Assembly: GCA_049517415.1 (NCBI GenBank)
Contig: JBEKSC010000002.1
Span: 32,001 to 96,000, forward strand
From: Candidatus Bathyarchaeia archaeon
GTDB lineage: Archaea > Thermoproteota > Bathyarchaeia > 40CM-2-53-6
Direction of reading: 5' to 3'
Length of the DNA: 64,000 nucleotides
Part shown: positions 18,080 to 28,441 of the stretch, in pieces
How positions within the stretch are numbered: position 1 is the first letter of the stretch
Layout of the letters: every line of letters starts with the position of its first letter
The notes under the pieces: model-generated
The model's database searches: none
What the model was told of the DNA's origin: nothing
The model's input: the letters and a program-made list of their open reading frames with translations, nothing else
Position numbers and translations under genes: made by a program

Positions 18080-18182
18080 ACCACACCAAGTATAACGCAT
18101 GTAAGAACCGTGATGAATGCGAAAAATTGGTTCCGGATACATTTCGATTCACCTTTGAATAAGGATGTTAGTTGCGTGATCA

Positions 18183-18419
18183 TTACCTGATTTTTCGAGT
18201 AAGCAAGAGGCTAAACGAAATAGAAAGCAACAGTATGACTCCGAACATTATCCCAACCAACTTTCCCAATGACAAGACAGTCAACACTAAGACCCCTACG
18301 ATTAATAGAAGAATGATGTTGAACCTGACCCCAACGTTTCTTGACCTGACGATTAGAGCAACCAAACTCACAACCACAAGTAACACAAACAGGTCTACAA
18401 CAAGACTGAGCAAGCTCAT
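18183..18419 (-). CDS. Small membrane protein (about 3 TM)
   Basis: Almost entirely hydrophobic ORF; GGAGG upstream. Confidence 0.55.
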   Translation of the reverse strand: MSLLSLVVDLFVLLVVVSLVALIVRSRNVGVRFNIILLLIVGVLVLTVLSLGKLVGIMFGVILLLSISFSLLLTRKIR

Positions 18420-18728
18420 TCAAAACGCCTCCACGAAACGGCCGGCCGAGAGGTAAGGTTCATCCGCGGAAAGAAAAGACCCTCAAGAGAATCGGAAGAC
18501 TTAGAGGCCGTATTCAACCTTTCCAAAGCCAATATTCAGTATCAGTCCAACCTAGGCCTAGCTGATTCTTGAATACAAGTTGATCGGGTAGATAGTTCAA
18601 TCAGCGAATTCACAGAGCAGTCTTGCTCCGCAGGATGATGTCGCGAAGAAAAGTGCGCGGATCTGGTTTACAGGCCACAATGTCTGGGTGAATGAGAAAG
18701 GTTAGGTGTGAAGCTTGGGTTGGTCGTA

Positions 18729-19211
18729 CTAGTACAAAGTAATGTAGTAATATGTTATGACTCGGACGTAGATGTCGCCGAAGAAAAATAGTGGCGGTAC
18801 CCATTGATCAGCTTGGAAAGCGGATGGGGTCACGAATAACCCGGAGACTACCACACTCGACCCAGCTAAGCTCGCTGGAATTTGCATTTTGCCTGAAACC
18901 ATCAACCGGTAGTTGCGCCCGTTAACTTGAACGTAGAAAATCTGCGTCACCGGAGTGGAACAAGGATCGACTGCCACACTGCATACTGGTGCCAAAGTCA
19001 ACACCTTCAGCTTTCCTAGCACAGTCACGTTCTCATGCATTGGTTGGATTCCCCCCCCCACTCCGACAGATGGTGGAGGCGCGGCGAAGATTTGAGGTTC
19101 AACCATCGAATTGGTGCGAACCACAGAATTGTAGGAGTAAACGGCGGCCATTACCAGGAAAGCAACCGCGACAAGCGCTATGATGGAGTTTACGTGCTTT
19201 CGATTTTTCAC
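18729..19211 (-). CDS. Secreted or anchored hypothetical protein
   Basis: Basic N-terminus plus hydrophobic helix; Pro/Gly linker; Cys pair. Confidence 0.6.
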   Translation of the reverse strand: MKNRKHVNSIIALVAVAFLVMAAVYSYNSVVRTNSMVEPQIFAAPPPSVGVGGGIQPMHENVTVLGKLKVLTLAPVCSVAVDPCSTPVTQIFYVQVNGRNYRLMVSGKMQIPASLAGSSVVVSGLFVTPSAFQADQWVPPLFFFGDIYVRVITYYYITLY

Positions 19212-19599
19212 AACGACCAGCCGCTAGAGTGAAATCTACGAGCGTAACAAGCTCGGAAACCTAAAGGAACTCTTGACTAAACTTATCAAATCTCAAAACC
19301 CCGCCGTATTCAAATTGATAATAACTAGCTACCTTATCTAGGAAAGTGCGACAGAATAAACTGCAACCTAATAGAACGATCTAATGGGGAAAGGGGTAAT
19401 TCTACCTGTCTAGGATTAAATCCCAGTTCCCATTGCGTCAAGATGAGCCTCCCGAACACTCCCCCCACGGGTTCTCCCCTCAGGCCTCGCAAGCCGCTAG
19501 GTTTAACGAACTGGCGTATGCCCTGGCATTTTGCAATAGACTGTTGGCTTATTATACGACTGTCCCAAGCCTTCCTTAGCGCACGGAAGTGAAAATCTG

Positions 19600-20754
19600 T
19601 TGGCGAAGAAGTTTAAACGGATTGACACCAAACTCATCCATGCTGGCGAACCCGAACCACGCATCATGGGCGCGGTTAGCATCCCGATATTTCAGTCGGC
19701 AATGTTTGAATATTCTGGCGAGACGAGCTACCACGACCTCAAATATATTCGCTTGAACAACACCCCAAACCATACGGCGCTCCACGAAAAGTTGGCAGCC
19801 CTCGAAAACGCTGAAGCCGCATTGGTCACAGCCAGCGGGATGGCCGCCATCTCAACAACCTTACTGTCGTTTCTCTCCACAGGCGACCATTTGCTTGCCC
19901 AAAACTGCCTGTATGGAGGAACTCACGATTTTGTAACGAAGGATTTTCGCACATTCGGCATATCTTACGATTTCATTGACGCTAACGACTCAGAGTCATG
20001 GAAGGAAAAGCTGCGGCCCAATACCAGGGCAATTTACGTAGAAACGATAACAAACCCTATGATGCAGGTTGCCGACCACAAGGCGGTCGTCAAATTTGCT
20101 AAAGCTAATGGGCTAGTGACAATAATCGACAACACCTTCGCGAGCCCGATCAACTTCCGTCCCTCAGAATGGGGCTTCGACCTATCACTGCACAGTTGTA
20201 CAAAGTATCTGAACGGCCATTCCGATATTGTGGCCGGCGCGATCATAGGCCGCGCAGGAATGGTTGAGAAAGTGAAGCATAGGCTTGACCACTTGGGTGG
20301 TTCGCTCGACCCTCACGCCTGTTTTCTACTCCATAGGGGAATCAAAACGCTTGGAGTTAGGGTCAGGTACCAGAACGAGAGCGCAATTAAGATCGCAAAA
20401 TTCCTGCATGAACATCCGGCCGTCGAGAAAGTCAATTACCCAGGCCTCGACACACACCCGCAGTACTCGAGAGCAAGAGAACTCTTTGACGGCTTCGGGG
20501 GCATGTTAAGCTTCGAACTAAAGGGCGGAGTTGCAGCAGCCCGCCGCTTCATGGATCACACGACGCTACCAATAATAGCGCCAAGCCTTGGCGGCGTAGA
20601 AACTTTACTCACGCTACCAGCCACTACATCACACTCCGGAATGTCCCCAGAAGATCGCAAGGCACTTGGAATCTCCGACGGGCTCATTCGCTTGTCAGTT
20701 GGAATAGAAGCAACCGAAGACATAATCGAAGATTTCCAACAAGCCTTAGCGTAA
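19600..20754 (+). CDS. Cys/Met metabolism PLP enzyme (cystathionine or methionine gamma-lyase family)
   Basis: SGMAAI, DNTFASP, HSCTKYLNGHSD, SLGGVETL, RLSVGIE. Confidence 0.92.
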   Translation: MAKKFKRIDTKLIHAGEPEPRIMGAVSIPIFQSAMFEYSGETSYHDLKYIRLNNTPNHTALHEKLAALENAEAALVTASGMAAISTTLLSFLSTGDHLLAQNCLYGGTHDFVTKDFRTFGISYDFIDANDSESWKEKLRPNTRAIYVETITNPMMQVADHKAVVKFAKANGLVTIIDNTFASPINFRPSEWGFDLSLHSCTKYLNGHSDIVAGAIIGRAGMVEKVKHRLDHLGGSLDPHACFLLHRGIKTLGVRVRYQNESAIKIAKFLHEHPAVEKVNYPGLDTHPQYSRARELFDGFGGMLSFELKGGVAAARRFMDHTTLPIIAPSLGGVETLLTLPATTSHSGMSPEDRKALGISDGLIRLSVGIEATEDIIEDFQQALA

Positions 20755-21086
20755 TAGCTCATTGACCGGGCCCACATCGGTCAAGCGAGCAAAACAGAGA
20801 GTTTCCACAGGTAAGAGATCACAAGAGTCCGTTCAAGCGAGGCAATTTGCACCAACGCTTTCGCCATCCGCACAGAACTAAGTATTAGCGGACCAAGGTG
20901 AACTTGATACCTTCGACTCTTGAAGGGATCTAGAGCGTAAGTTCGCAAAGCTCGAATCGAGGCGTGTCCTGTGCTCCCAATCGGACTTGCGCTGTACGGA
21001 GCCACCTTCTGTCCTAATGCGGAATAATGTGTAAATATGAATTCAACTACGACGCGTAGTTCAAATCCTAAGGATATGATACTGCC

Positions 21087-22310
21087 TTGAAAGGTGGAAA
21101 GACTGTCACACAAAAGACCGCAGTAGTTCTAATTATCTCAGTTGTGGTTTTGGCATCAATTTCGACGTACTCAAGCTTGGCGCTCAGGGCGGAGGCAACT
21201 CGAATCACGCAACTGCAAACTCTGGCGTCTGATCTGGAAAGCAGAAACACCGTGTTGGAAAACGCCCTGTCGTCACAGCCTCAGCCTGCCGGAAATGCAT
21301 CGTTCGGCCTCAATGCAGTTGCGATCTATGATATCTCGAATCAAAGCGTGGTGACCGTTCAGAGCACCCAAGTCTCTGTTGTTCAGACCATCTTTGGACC
21401 ACAAACCGGAATATCGAGTGTCCTCGGCTCCGGTTTCGTGGTGGACTATTCAAATGCTTACTACATTGTGACTAACTTTCATGTGATCGATAGCGCGGTT
21501 AACTCGACTGTAACCTTCTGGGACGGCGACTCCTACCCAGCGAAGGTCATAGGTTCCTATCCTTACAGCGATATTGCAGTGATTATAACTCCAGCTCCCG
21601 AAAGCGATTTCCATCCCCTCAAACTCCCCCCATCAGCATCTCTTAGAGTGGGGCAAACAGTGATGGCAATCGGTAACCCGTTTGGACTCTCAGGTTCCAT
21701 CACGATTGGAATAGTAAGCCAGTTGGGAAGAAATATACAGTACCAGTCTGCCAGTCAAGTGCTCTCAATATCTGACGTTATCCAGTTTAGTGCCCCGATA
21801 AACCCTGGAAATTCTGGAGGACCACTCTTGAACGCTGGCGGAATGGTGGTCGGAATCACAACCGCCACAGCAAGTGGTTCGCAAGGTGTTGGGTTCGCGA
21901 TACCATCCGACACCATACTAAGAGAGCTACCTTCCATCATAAGCAGCGGCGGGTACCGTAATCATCCGGACCTAGGAATTCAAGCAGCTGACATGAACTA
22001 CGAACTCTCACAAGTTACTGGGGCAAACGTGACTAACGGCGTATTGATTGAAAAGACCGTTTCGGGAGGACCCGCGGACCAAGCAGGGCTACGAGGTGGC
22101 CAGCAAATTACAACAATCGCTGGCCAGCAGTACATTATCGGCGGTGACGTCATAGTTTCCGTAAACGGAAATAGAATAGTAAGTTATGATGCGCTATCAA
22201 CCTATCTAGAGAGGTACATCCTCCCGGGACAGATAATCCGGGTGGGCATAATTAGATCCGGAAACTACCAAGAAGTAGAGGTCACCGTCGGCGCAGCGTC
22301 CGACCCATAG
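21087..22310 (+). CDS. Membrane-anchored HtrA/DegP protease with PDZ domain
   Basis: TNFHV, SDIAV, NPGNSGGPL triad; C-terminal PDZ. Confidence 0.92.
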   Translation: MKGGKTVTQKTAVVLIISVVVLASISTYSSLALRAEATRITQLQTLASDLESRNTVLENALSSQPQPAGNASFGLNAVAIYDISNQSVVTVQSTQVSVVQTIFGPQTGISSVLGSGFVVDYSNAYYIVTNFHVIDSAVNSTVTFWDGDSYPAKVIGSYPYSDIAVIITPAPESDFHPLKLPPSASLRVGQTVMAIGNPFGLSGSITIGIVSQLGRNIQYQSASQVLSISDVIQFSAPINPGNSGGPLLNAGGMVVGITTATASGSQGVGFAIPSDTILRELPSIISSGGYRNHPDLGIQAADMNYELSQVTGANVTNGVLIEKTVSGGPADQAGLRGGQQITTIAGQQYIIGGDVIVSVNGNRIVSYDALSTYLERYILPGQIIRVGIIRSGNYQEVEVTVGAASDP

Positions 22311-22322
22311 AGGAGGAAAGGT

Positions 22323-22475
22323 TTGACGAGGAAGGCAACTGAAACCAGCAGGTCGAAAACTGCTCTCGTGACAGGTGCGTCCAGTGGAATCGGTCTGGAA
22401 CTCACGAAGTTATTCGCCAAAGACGGCTACAGCCTTGTTCTCGTGTCAAGAGATCATGTTGCCTACATCTTGTAG
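22323..22475 (+). pseudogene. Truncated short-chain dehydrogenase (N-terminal Rossmann fragment only)
   Basis: [32 protein letters not shown], then stop after 50 aa. Confidence 0.75.
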
Positions 22476-22554
22476 TTCGTATCATCTTTGAAGGAATATA
22501 TAACAAGGCTGGGTGAGTCAACGTCAGATTCCATTAAAGAGATGAAACGGTATC

Positions 22555-22767
22555 TTGAGTCAGAAGAGGGGCGTGTCGGTTCTTGCTTACGTGTTGACCG
22601 CCGTAGGTATATTGGGAATTATTATTTCTCTGGTTATAGAACAATCCGATTACGACACCGTTGCTTTTGGAATCGCCACCATTTCGATGCTGATAGCGAT
22701 AGCAGGCCTCGCCCTTGCGTTCAAACTTCCAGCTGGTACTGACCAGCCGAGAGAAGGCGACCTTTAA
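22555..22767 (+). CDS. Small 2-TM membrane protein
   Basis: Two hydrophobic helices. Confidence 0.55.
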   Translation: MSQKRGVSVLAYVLTAVGILGIIISLVIEQSDYDTVAFGIATISMLIAIAGLALAFKLPAGTDQPREGDL

Positions 22768-22934
22768 GGGAATCCAACAAACGCTCTGTCCTCGTCCCTT
22801 GGACTAAACCAGTCAAGTCAAGGCCATCCCGCACACGCTCAACTGGAGAGTCCATCACTTTTGTAGTGAATAGTTGAGGTTGTGAAGAGTTTTTCTTTGA
22901 GAGGATTGGTTTGGCGTAAGTTCGTGTCAAGATC

Positions 22935-24368
22935 GTGCAGTATCGTTGGATTGTCCTTTCGGTAACGACAGTCGGCATCTTCATGGCCGGTCTTGATACA
23001 CGAATAGTACTGATCGGCCTTCCCACGATAGCTGAATCACTCCAGACAGACCTTGAGACGATGTTATGGGTGACTCAGGGCTACCAAATCGCAATAACTA
23101 TCGGCCTGCTCTTTCTCGGACGATTCACTGACATCTTTGGACGGGTGAAGGTTTACAATCTAGGGTTTGCAATTTTCACCGTCGGTTCAGGCCTTTGCGT
23201 CATTGCTCAAACGGGGGAGCAACTCATAATTTTCCGGGTCATCCAGGGCGTTGGCGCGGCTATGGTGATCACCAACAGCTTCGCCCTGATCACAGACTCC
23301 TCGCCAGCGGCAGAGCTTGGCTTTGCGCTCGGAGTTAACCAAGTAGCGTTCACGCTTGGTGCTATCCTTGGGTTGACAGTGGGCGGTGTCTTGATCGACA
23401 CGGTAGGGTGGAGAAGCATATTCACACTAAACGTTCCCATCGGAATCTTCGGAACTCTTTGGGCTCACTTACGCCTGAAAGAAATTGCCCATACTGAAAA
23501 GCACACTGGCTTTGATTATTCGGGACTATTCCTATTCACGACCTCCTTGACATTGGTACTACTAGTCATCAGCTTACAGACTATGGCCGCAATAGGCTAC
23601 ATCGAAGCCGCGGTCCTTTATCTCGTCAGCATAGTTACCTTTGCACTCTTTCTCTACGTCGAACCGCGCACGGCTGAACCGATTCTGGATATGCGGCTGT
23701 TCAAGATTCGGCTCTTCTCGGCGGGGAATGTTAGTCAATTCTTGTATTCTCTCGGTTTTGGCTCTCTAAGCCTTATCATAATTCTGTACTTTGAACTGAT
23801 CCGTGGATTTGATGCCCTCACGGCCGGGCTTCTCTTTCTCCCTTTAGATGTGGCGTTTGTGAGCATCGCCCCAATAAGCGGGAAACTTTCTGATCGGTAC
23901 GGAACACGCTGGTTGGCCACTTTAGGAATGGCTGTGGGAACCGTTGGTTATGTTGCCCTCGTTTTTCTCAGCGCGACAACCCCGCTAGTACAGATAGAGC
24001 TCATTCTCATTTTGTCTGGCCTTGGTATGGGACTTTTCTCCTCTCCAAACATTAGCGCAGTGATGGGCTCTGTTCCCTCCCAACGGCGTGGGGTTGCTTC
24101 AGGGATTAGAGCAACGGTCTTCAATTCGGGAAGTGTGGTAAGCATCGGCCTCGTAGCGTTCATAATCACGACGGCTATACCTTACCAAGTGGTTTCAGGC
24201 ATAATCACCGGCGGCTACACGACACTTACGCCTGGAGAGGCGTTAGGGTTTGTGAGCGGTATCGGGCGCGCGTTTCTTGTAGCCGCCGCAATCACTTTCG
24301 TAGGAATGTTCGCAGCCAGCCTACGCGGACCTGAAACGAAAACGCATACAGACCTAAGCGCAAAATGA
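22935..24368 (+). CDS. MFS transporter, DHA2/EmrB-like
   Basis: About 14 TM; GRFTDIFGR, WRSIFTLNVPIG, GKLSDRYG. Confidence 0.92.
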   Translation: MQYRWIVLSVTTVGIFMAGLDTRIVLIGLPTIAESLQTDLETMLWVTQGYQIAITIGLLFLGRFTDIFGRVKVYNLGFAIFTVGSGLCVIAQTGEQLIIFRVIQGVGAAMVITNSFALITDSSPAAELGFALGVNQVAFTLGAILGLTVGGVLIDTVGWRSIFTLNVPIGIFGTLWAHLRLKEIAHTEKHTGFDYSGLFLFTTSLTLVLLVISLQTMAAIGYIEAAVLYLVSIVTFALFLYVEPRTAEPILDMRLFKIRLFSAGNVSQFLYSLGFGSLSLIIILYFELIRGFDALTAGLLFLPLDVAFVSIAPISGKLSDRYGTRWLATLGMAVGTVGYVALVFLSATTPLVQIELILILSGLGMGLFSSPNISAVMGSVPSQRRGVASGIRATVFNSGSVVSIGLVAFIITTAIPYQVVSGIITGGYTTLTPGEALGFVSGIGRAFLVAAAITFVGMFAASLRGPETKTHTDLSAK

Positions 24369-24390
24369 AATTGGAACACTCAACCGCGAC

Positions 24391-24912
24391 CTATCCCCAG
24401 TTCTCGCTTATGTCAGCTATCTTTGGGCTTAGAATGGCAACCATATCTCTGGTCCTGACCTCCAGTAGCTTGTTGACATCTCCCCCACCAACTATTGCCG
24501 TTTCCTTCTCGAGAACTTGCGGGTCTAGCAGAATACGAATGATGTTGCTGAAGGGGGGCACACCTCCGGCAGGGTACCCCGAGTGCCTGAGCACTTCTTG
24601 AGGGGTGGCGAGCCGCACATCCCTGACAGCGAGGATGCTCTTGAGTTTCCTGTGGCTGACCTTGCGCTTCGCTGGCACAATTGCGAGTAATGGGTCGCCT
24701 GCTGAGTCGACCATTACGATCGACTTCGCTATTTTCTCCACCTGAACCTTTCTGCCGGCCTGTTCAACCGTCTTCACAGGCTCGCTGAACTCGATGAAGC
24801 GGTGCCACACGTTCTTGGAGCTGAGGACGAGTTCAAGTTTCTCAGAGTAACTCGATCCTGGCGTCTTCTCCCCATGAAAGGCCATTAGAGGAACCCGCTG
24901 CCCGAATCTCAA
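24391..24912 (-). CDS. YbaK/EbsC aminoacyl-tRNA deacylase-like protein
   Basis: IAKSIV, SGYPAGGVPPF, VGGG. Confidence 0.85.
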   Translation of the reverse strand: MRFGQRVPLMAFHGEKTPGSSYSEKLELVLSSKNVWHRFIEFSEPVKTVEQAGRKVQVEKIAKSIVMVDSAGDPLLAIVPAKRKVSHRKLKSILAVRDVRLATPQEVLRHSGYPAGGVPPFSNIIRILLDPQVLEKETAIVGGGDVNKLLEVRTRDMVAILSPKIADISENWG

Positions 24913-25005
24913 CGATTAAAGTAAACGTATTGCCTAAGCAAATTGGGAGAACTCGGAAACCCGTATAGCCAAGTGCATGAACCTTCATATTGTAAAGTGA
25001 ATCAA

Positions 25006-25410
25006 ATGTCGCCTCGCAAGGGGCTAACAGCTGCAGACATTATGACTGAACATGTCGTGACGGGTGGGCCACACGACGGCCTGTGGAGAATCGCTAATGA
25101 GATGCAACGTCACAATATTGGGTCGGTCGTGATCGCGGAGAAGGAAAAGATACTTGGCATCTTGACAGAGAGAGATTTCGTTCGAATAGTCGAACAGGTG
25201 GGGGCTTTGCTTGAGAAAAATCTAGCCATACACCACATGTCCAAGCCCGTTCTTACCGTGCAATCGGATGCCCCGGTCGCGGACGTCATCAAGCTCATGC
25301 GTGACAAACATGTAAGGCATTTGCTCGTGCTAAGCAAAACTGGTGACGTCGCAGGCATAATAAGTTCCCGGGACTTGATGAAAGTCGTAACAGACGTCAT
25401 GTCGGTTTAG
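25006..25410 (+). CDS. CBS-domain protein
   Basis: ADIMT, GILTERDF, VRHLLV...GIISSRDL; likely ATG at 25006. Confidence 0.88.
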   Translation: MSPRKGLTAADIMTEHVVTGGPHDGLWRIANEMQRHNIGSVVIAEKEKILGILTERDFVRIVEQVGALLEKNLAIHHMSKPVLTVQSDAPVADVIKLMRDKHVRHLLVLSKTGDVAGIISSRDLMKVVTDVMSV

Positions 25411-25494
25411 AGTTGCGATGGTATGAAAGAATCTCTTTTAGTTGAGATAACTCATTAAGTTCATCTTCGATTCCAGACTGAAATCACGTTTAGG

Positions 25495-25959
25495 TTATGT
25501 GAATTCGGCGACGGTTGGATTGGCTAGCTTGGTGAGGGCTTGCGTACTAATCTTCACGCTCTTCGTGTGCGAGCCAGGGTTGAAGTACACATATTCCTGG
25601 TGCAAGATCGCACTATCAAACAACGTTTCGAGGTTAATGATGCTTCCAAGCGGGTAGACGCAGCCCACTGAGCATTGCGCAATCTCTTCTACTTCCTTCT
25701 TCGGCGCCAAGATGACAGGAGCTGCCTTGGTAACCAGGCCTAACCTGTGGAAGTCGATCTTCTTGTTCCCCGGGAGAACGGCAAGTAAGTAGGTGCCGTC
25801 GCTCTTCTTCACTATCATTGACTTGGCTATGTGGGCTTCATCGGTCTTCAGGAAATTCGCCATCTGAGCGCAGGTGTATACGGGGTCGTGTTCGAAGACC
25901 TCGTATTCTATCCCCTGCGCCTTGAGCACAGACAGGATTTCTTCTTCTACCTCAGTCAT
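25495..25959 (-). CDS. YbaK/ProX(PrdX)-like aminoacyl-tRNA deacylase
   Basis: EHDPVYT, IAKSMIV, GCVYPLG, FNPGSH. Confidence 0.85.
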   Translation of the reverse strand: MTEVEEEILSVLKAQGIEYEVFEHDPVYTCAQMANFLKTDEAHIAKSMIVKKSDGTYLLAVLPGNKKIDFHRLGLVTKAAPVILAPKKEVEEIAQCSVGCVYPLGSIINLETLFDSAILHQEYVYFNPGSHTKSVKISTQALTKLANPTVAEFT

Positions 25960-25965
25960 GTAGGC

Positions 25966-27579
25966 CTATTTCACGATCCACCTTGATTGTTCGTGCATGA
26001 ATTGCTGCACGTAATACGGACCTAACCCACTTTTGCCGGTAGACCCGCTGCCTTTCCATCCCCCGAAGGAGTTAACCCCAGGCCATGCACCAGTCGTCGC
26101 GCCAGCGCGCCTATTCGCGTAAGTTACTCCAGCCTGAATCCGGTCGAAGAACGTTTGCATTTCCTTCTTGTCCTTCGTGTAGATCCCAGCGCAGAGGCCG
26201 AACTCGCTTTCGTTCGCAAGTTTCAGGGCTGCATCGAATGATTCTACGCCTGCGACCACAACGAACGGTACGAACAGTTCTTCCTTGAAGAGGCGGTGAG
26301 TTGTAGGTAGGCCGTCAACTATCGCTGGTTCGACGAAGTAGCCACTTGCGTACTCGGCACCCCGTGGTGTGCTGCCTCCGTTGATGAGTTTCGCGCCATC
26401 TCGCTTCGCCTCCTCTACCGCCCGCTGGTATGTTTCGACGGCGGCTTTGTTGATTATTGGTCCCAGGAAGGTATCTTTCCGGGTGGGGTCGCCTACCTTC
26501 ACGTATTTCTGCGTGTAGTCTCTCAGAAGTTCTAAGAACTTGCTCTTGACACGTTGGTCGACGTATACACGGGAGCAGGCGCTGCATTTCTGCCCTCCGA
26601 AACCGAAGGCTGCGCGCATGACCCCTTCCGCAGCTTGATCTAGATCTGCGTTAGCGGTGACTATGGCTGGGTTCTTGCCTCCCATCTCGGCTATGACGGG
26701 TTTAGGGTAGTCCTTTGCGAAGTGGTGGTATACTTGCATTCCAACATCCTTCGAGCCCGTGAAGACAAGCCCATCCACCCCCGGGTTGTTCTGTAATTCG
26801 GCCCCTACTGTTGCACCTGGTCCAGTTACAAAATTGTATACGCCTCGTGGGACGCCGGCGTCAACGAAGGTTCTGCAGAGCTCATAGCCTAGAAGTGGCG
26901 AGTCGCTTGAGGGTTTGAAAACCGCTGTGTTACCCGCGGCTAGGACGCCCGCGGACATGCCCGTGGTCAATGCGATGGGGAAGTTCCAGGGACCGATAAC
27001 GGCCCAGACTCCAAACGGTCGAAGTATGCTCTCTGTCTCTTGTCCTGGTCCCGGCGGTTCAAGTGGCCGCAAGAAGCCTTTGTTAATTTCCATCTGCTCG
27101 CAGTAGTATCGAATCAACTCCGCGGCTTCGTTAACCTCCGCTAACGATTCGGCGCGGTTCTTTCCGACTTCGAAGGCCATCCAAGCTGAGAGCTCAAATC
27201 GCCTTTTAATAATCAAATCAGCGGCTTTGCGTAGGATCGCAATACGGTCCTTGTATGGGGTCGCGGCCCATTTAGGATACGCTTCTCTAGCTGCTGCAAT
27301 TGCAGCTTTCACGTCGTCGCTTGTTCCTTTCGGAAAGTAGCTCACGACGACGCTGGTATCTATGGGGCAAACATGGGCCATCTCCTCACCGGTCGCTGCC
27401 CGTTTCTCTCCATTGATGAAAATCGGGTAGTGGCTGCCAAGCTTCGCTCTCGCTTGTTCAACCGCCTCATCATACGCCTTGTCGTCGTCCGGTGTGACCT
27501 TAAGCGTTGCGTACGTAATCCGAGGTAGTTTCGATGCCGCCTTACTTTTCGTCTTACCCTTCGCTTTCGTACGTCCCAT
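25966..27579 (-). CDS. Aldehyde dehydrogenase, probably 1-pyrroline-5-carboxylate dehydrogenase
   Basis: PWNFP, FTGS, AEMGGKN, FGFGGQKCSACSR, NR..GATTGA, FGGWKGSG. Confidence 0.85.
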   Translation of the reverse strand: MGRTKAKGKTKSKAASKLPRITYATLKVTPDDDKAYDEAVEQARAKLGSHYPIFINGEKRAATGEEMAHVCPIDTSVVVSYFPKGTSDDVKAAIAAAREAYPKWAATPYKDRIAILRKAADLIIKRRFELSAWMAFEVGKNRAESLAEVNEAAELIRYYCEQMEINKGFLRPLEPPGPGQETESILRPFGVWAVIGPWNFPIALTTGMSAGVLAAGNTAVFKPSSDSPLLGYELCRTFVDAGVPRGVYNFVTGPGATVGAELQNNPGVDGLVFTGSKDVGMQVYHHFAKDYPKPVIAEMGGKNPAIVTANADLDQAAEGVMRAAFGFGGQKCSACSRVYVDQRVKSKFLELLRDYTQKYVKVGDPTRKDTFLGPIINKAAVETYQRAVEEAKRDGAKLINGGSTPRGAEYASGYFVEPAIVDGLPTTHRLFKEELFVPFVVVAGVESFDAALKLANESEFGLCAGIYTKDKKEMQTFFDRIQAGVTYANRRAGATTGAWPGVNSFGGWKGSGSTGKSGLGPYYVQQFMHEQSRWIVK

Positions 27580-27724
27580 TCATAATTCCCTCACAACCAT
27601 CTCGCTTCTGATTACTTGAACTTAGCGGGGCCTCTTTCACATTACTGTGTGACGAAGGGGGTATTGCGTGGTCGGCGTTGAGTTTCATTCTCCGCAAAAT
27701 ATAGCCAGTTCCAAGCAGAGTAGA

Positions 27725-28438
27725 TCACGAAGCCAGCACGCCCAAGTAAAGCCTTCCAAGCTCTTTGTGTTCTAGGAGTTCACGAGCAGTTCCTTCAAAA
27801 GCATTTTTGCCGCCAACGAGCAGATAAGCAACGTCACCAATCTCCAAGGCGCGCCTTGCGTTTTGTTCTGCAAGGAGAATGGTTAAGCCGATGTCTTTGG
27901 CAAGCGACGAAATGAGGTTTAGGACCTGTGTTGCAATTTTGGGCGCCAAATTTGCGGTCGGTTCATCGAACATCATTATGTTCGGTTCCCTTATGAGCGC
28001 TAAGGCCATTGCGAGCATCTGCCGCTCTCCGCCACTAAGGCTAAACGCTTTTGTGTTCGTGTACGCTGAAAGCTGTGGAAAGAGTTGGAAGATCCTCTTT
28101 AGTCTCGTCCGATAGTCATTCTGGTTAATCGTGTACCCCGCGAGTCTCAGGTTCTCCGTTATGGTAAGGTTCGTGAATACGTTGTCAGTCTGGGGGAGAA
28201 AAGCGATACCACTCCTGGCGATTTTATGGGAAGCCAAGCCGGTGATCTCCTGCCCGTTATGCTTTACAGTCCCCTCGTAAACAGTCGTGAGGCCCGCGAT
28301 CGTCTTCAGGAGTGTGCTCTTCCCTGAGCCGTTCGGGCCGACGATGACCGTGATCTCTCTGGGTTTGGCCGTGAGTGTGACGCCGTTCAGAATTTGCAGT
28401 TTCCCGTAGCCAGCGAAGATGTTTTTAACATTTAGCAA
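27725..28438 (-). CDS. livF: Branched-chain amino acid ABC ATPase (LivF-like)
   Basis: GPNGSGKS, LSGGERQML, DEPT. Confidence 0.9.
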   Translation of the reverse strand: MLNVKNIFAGYGKLQILNGVTLTAKPREITVIVGPNGSGKSTLLKTIAGLTTVYEGTVKHNGQEITGLASHKIARSGIAFLPQTDNVFTNLTITENLRLAGYTINQNDYRTRLKRIFQLFPQLSAYTNTKAFSLSGGERQMLAMALALIREPNIMMFDEPTANLAPKIATQVLNLISSLAKDIGLTILLAEQNARRALEIGDVAYLLVGGKNAFEGTARELLEHKELGRLYLGVLAS

Positions 28439-28441
28439 TTT

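Noticed and set aside
17648..18183. Several short ORFs over the divergent tRNA pair
   Set aside because: Shadows of tRNA-Arg and tRNA-Leu
18080..22900. Integrated element at tRNA-Leu
   Set aside because: No integrase and no repeat of the tRNA-Leu 3' end seen
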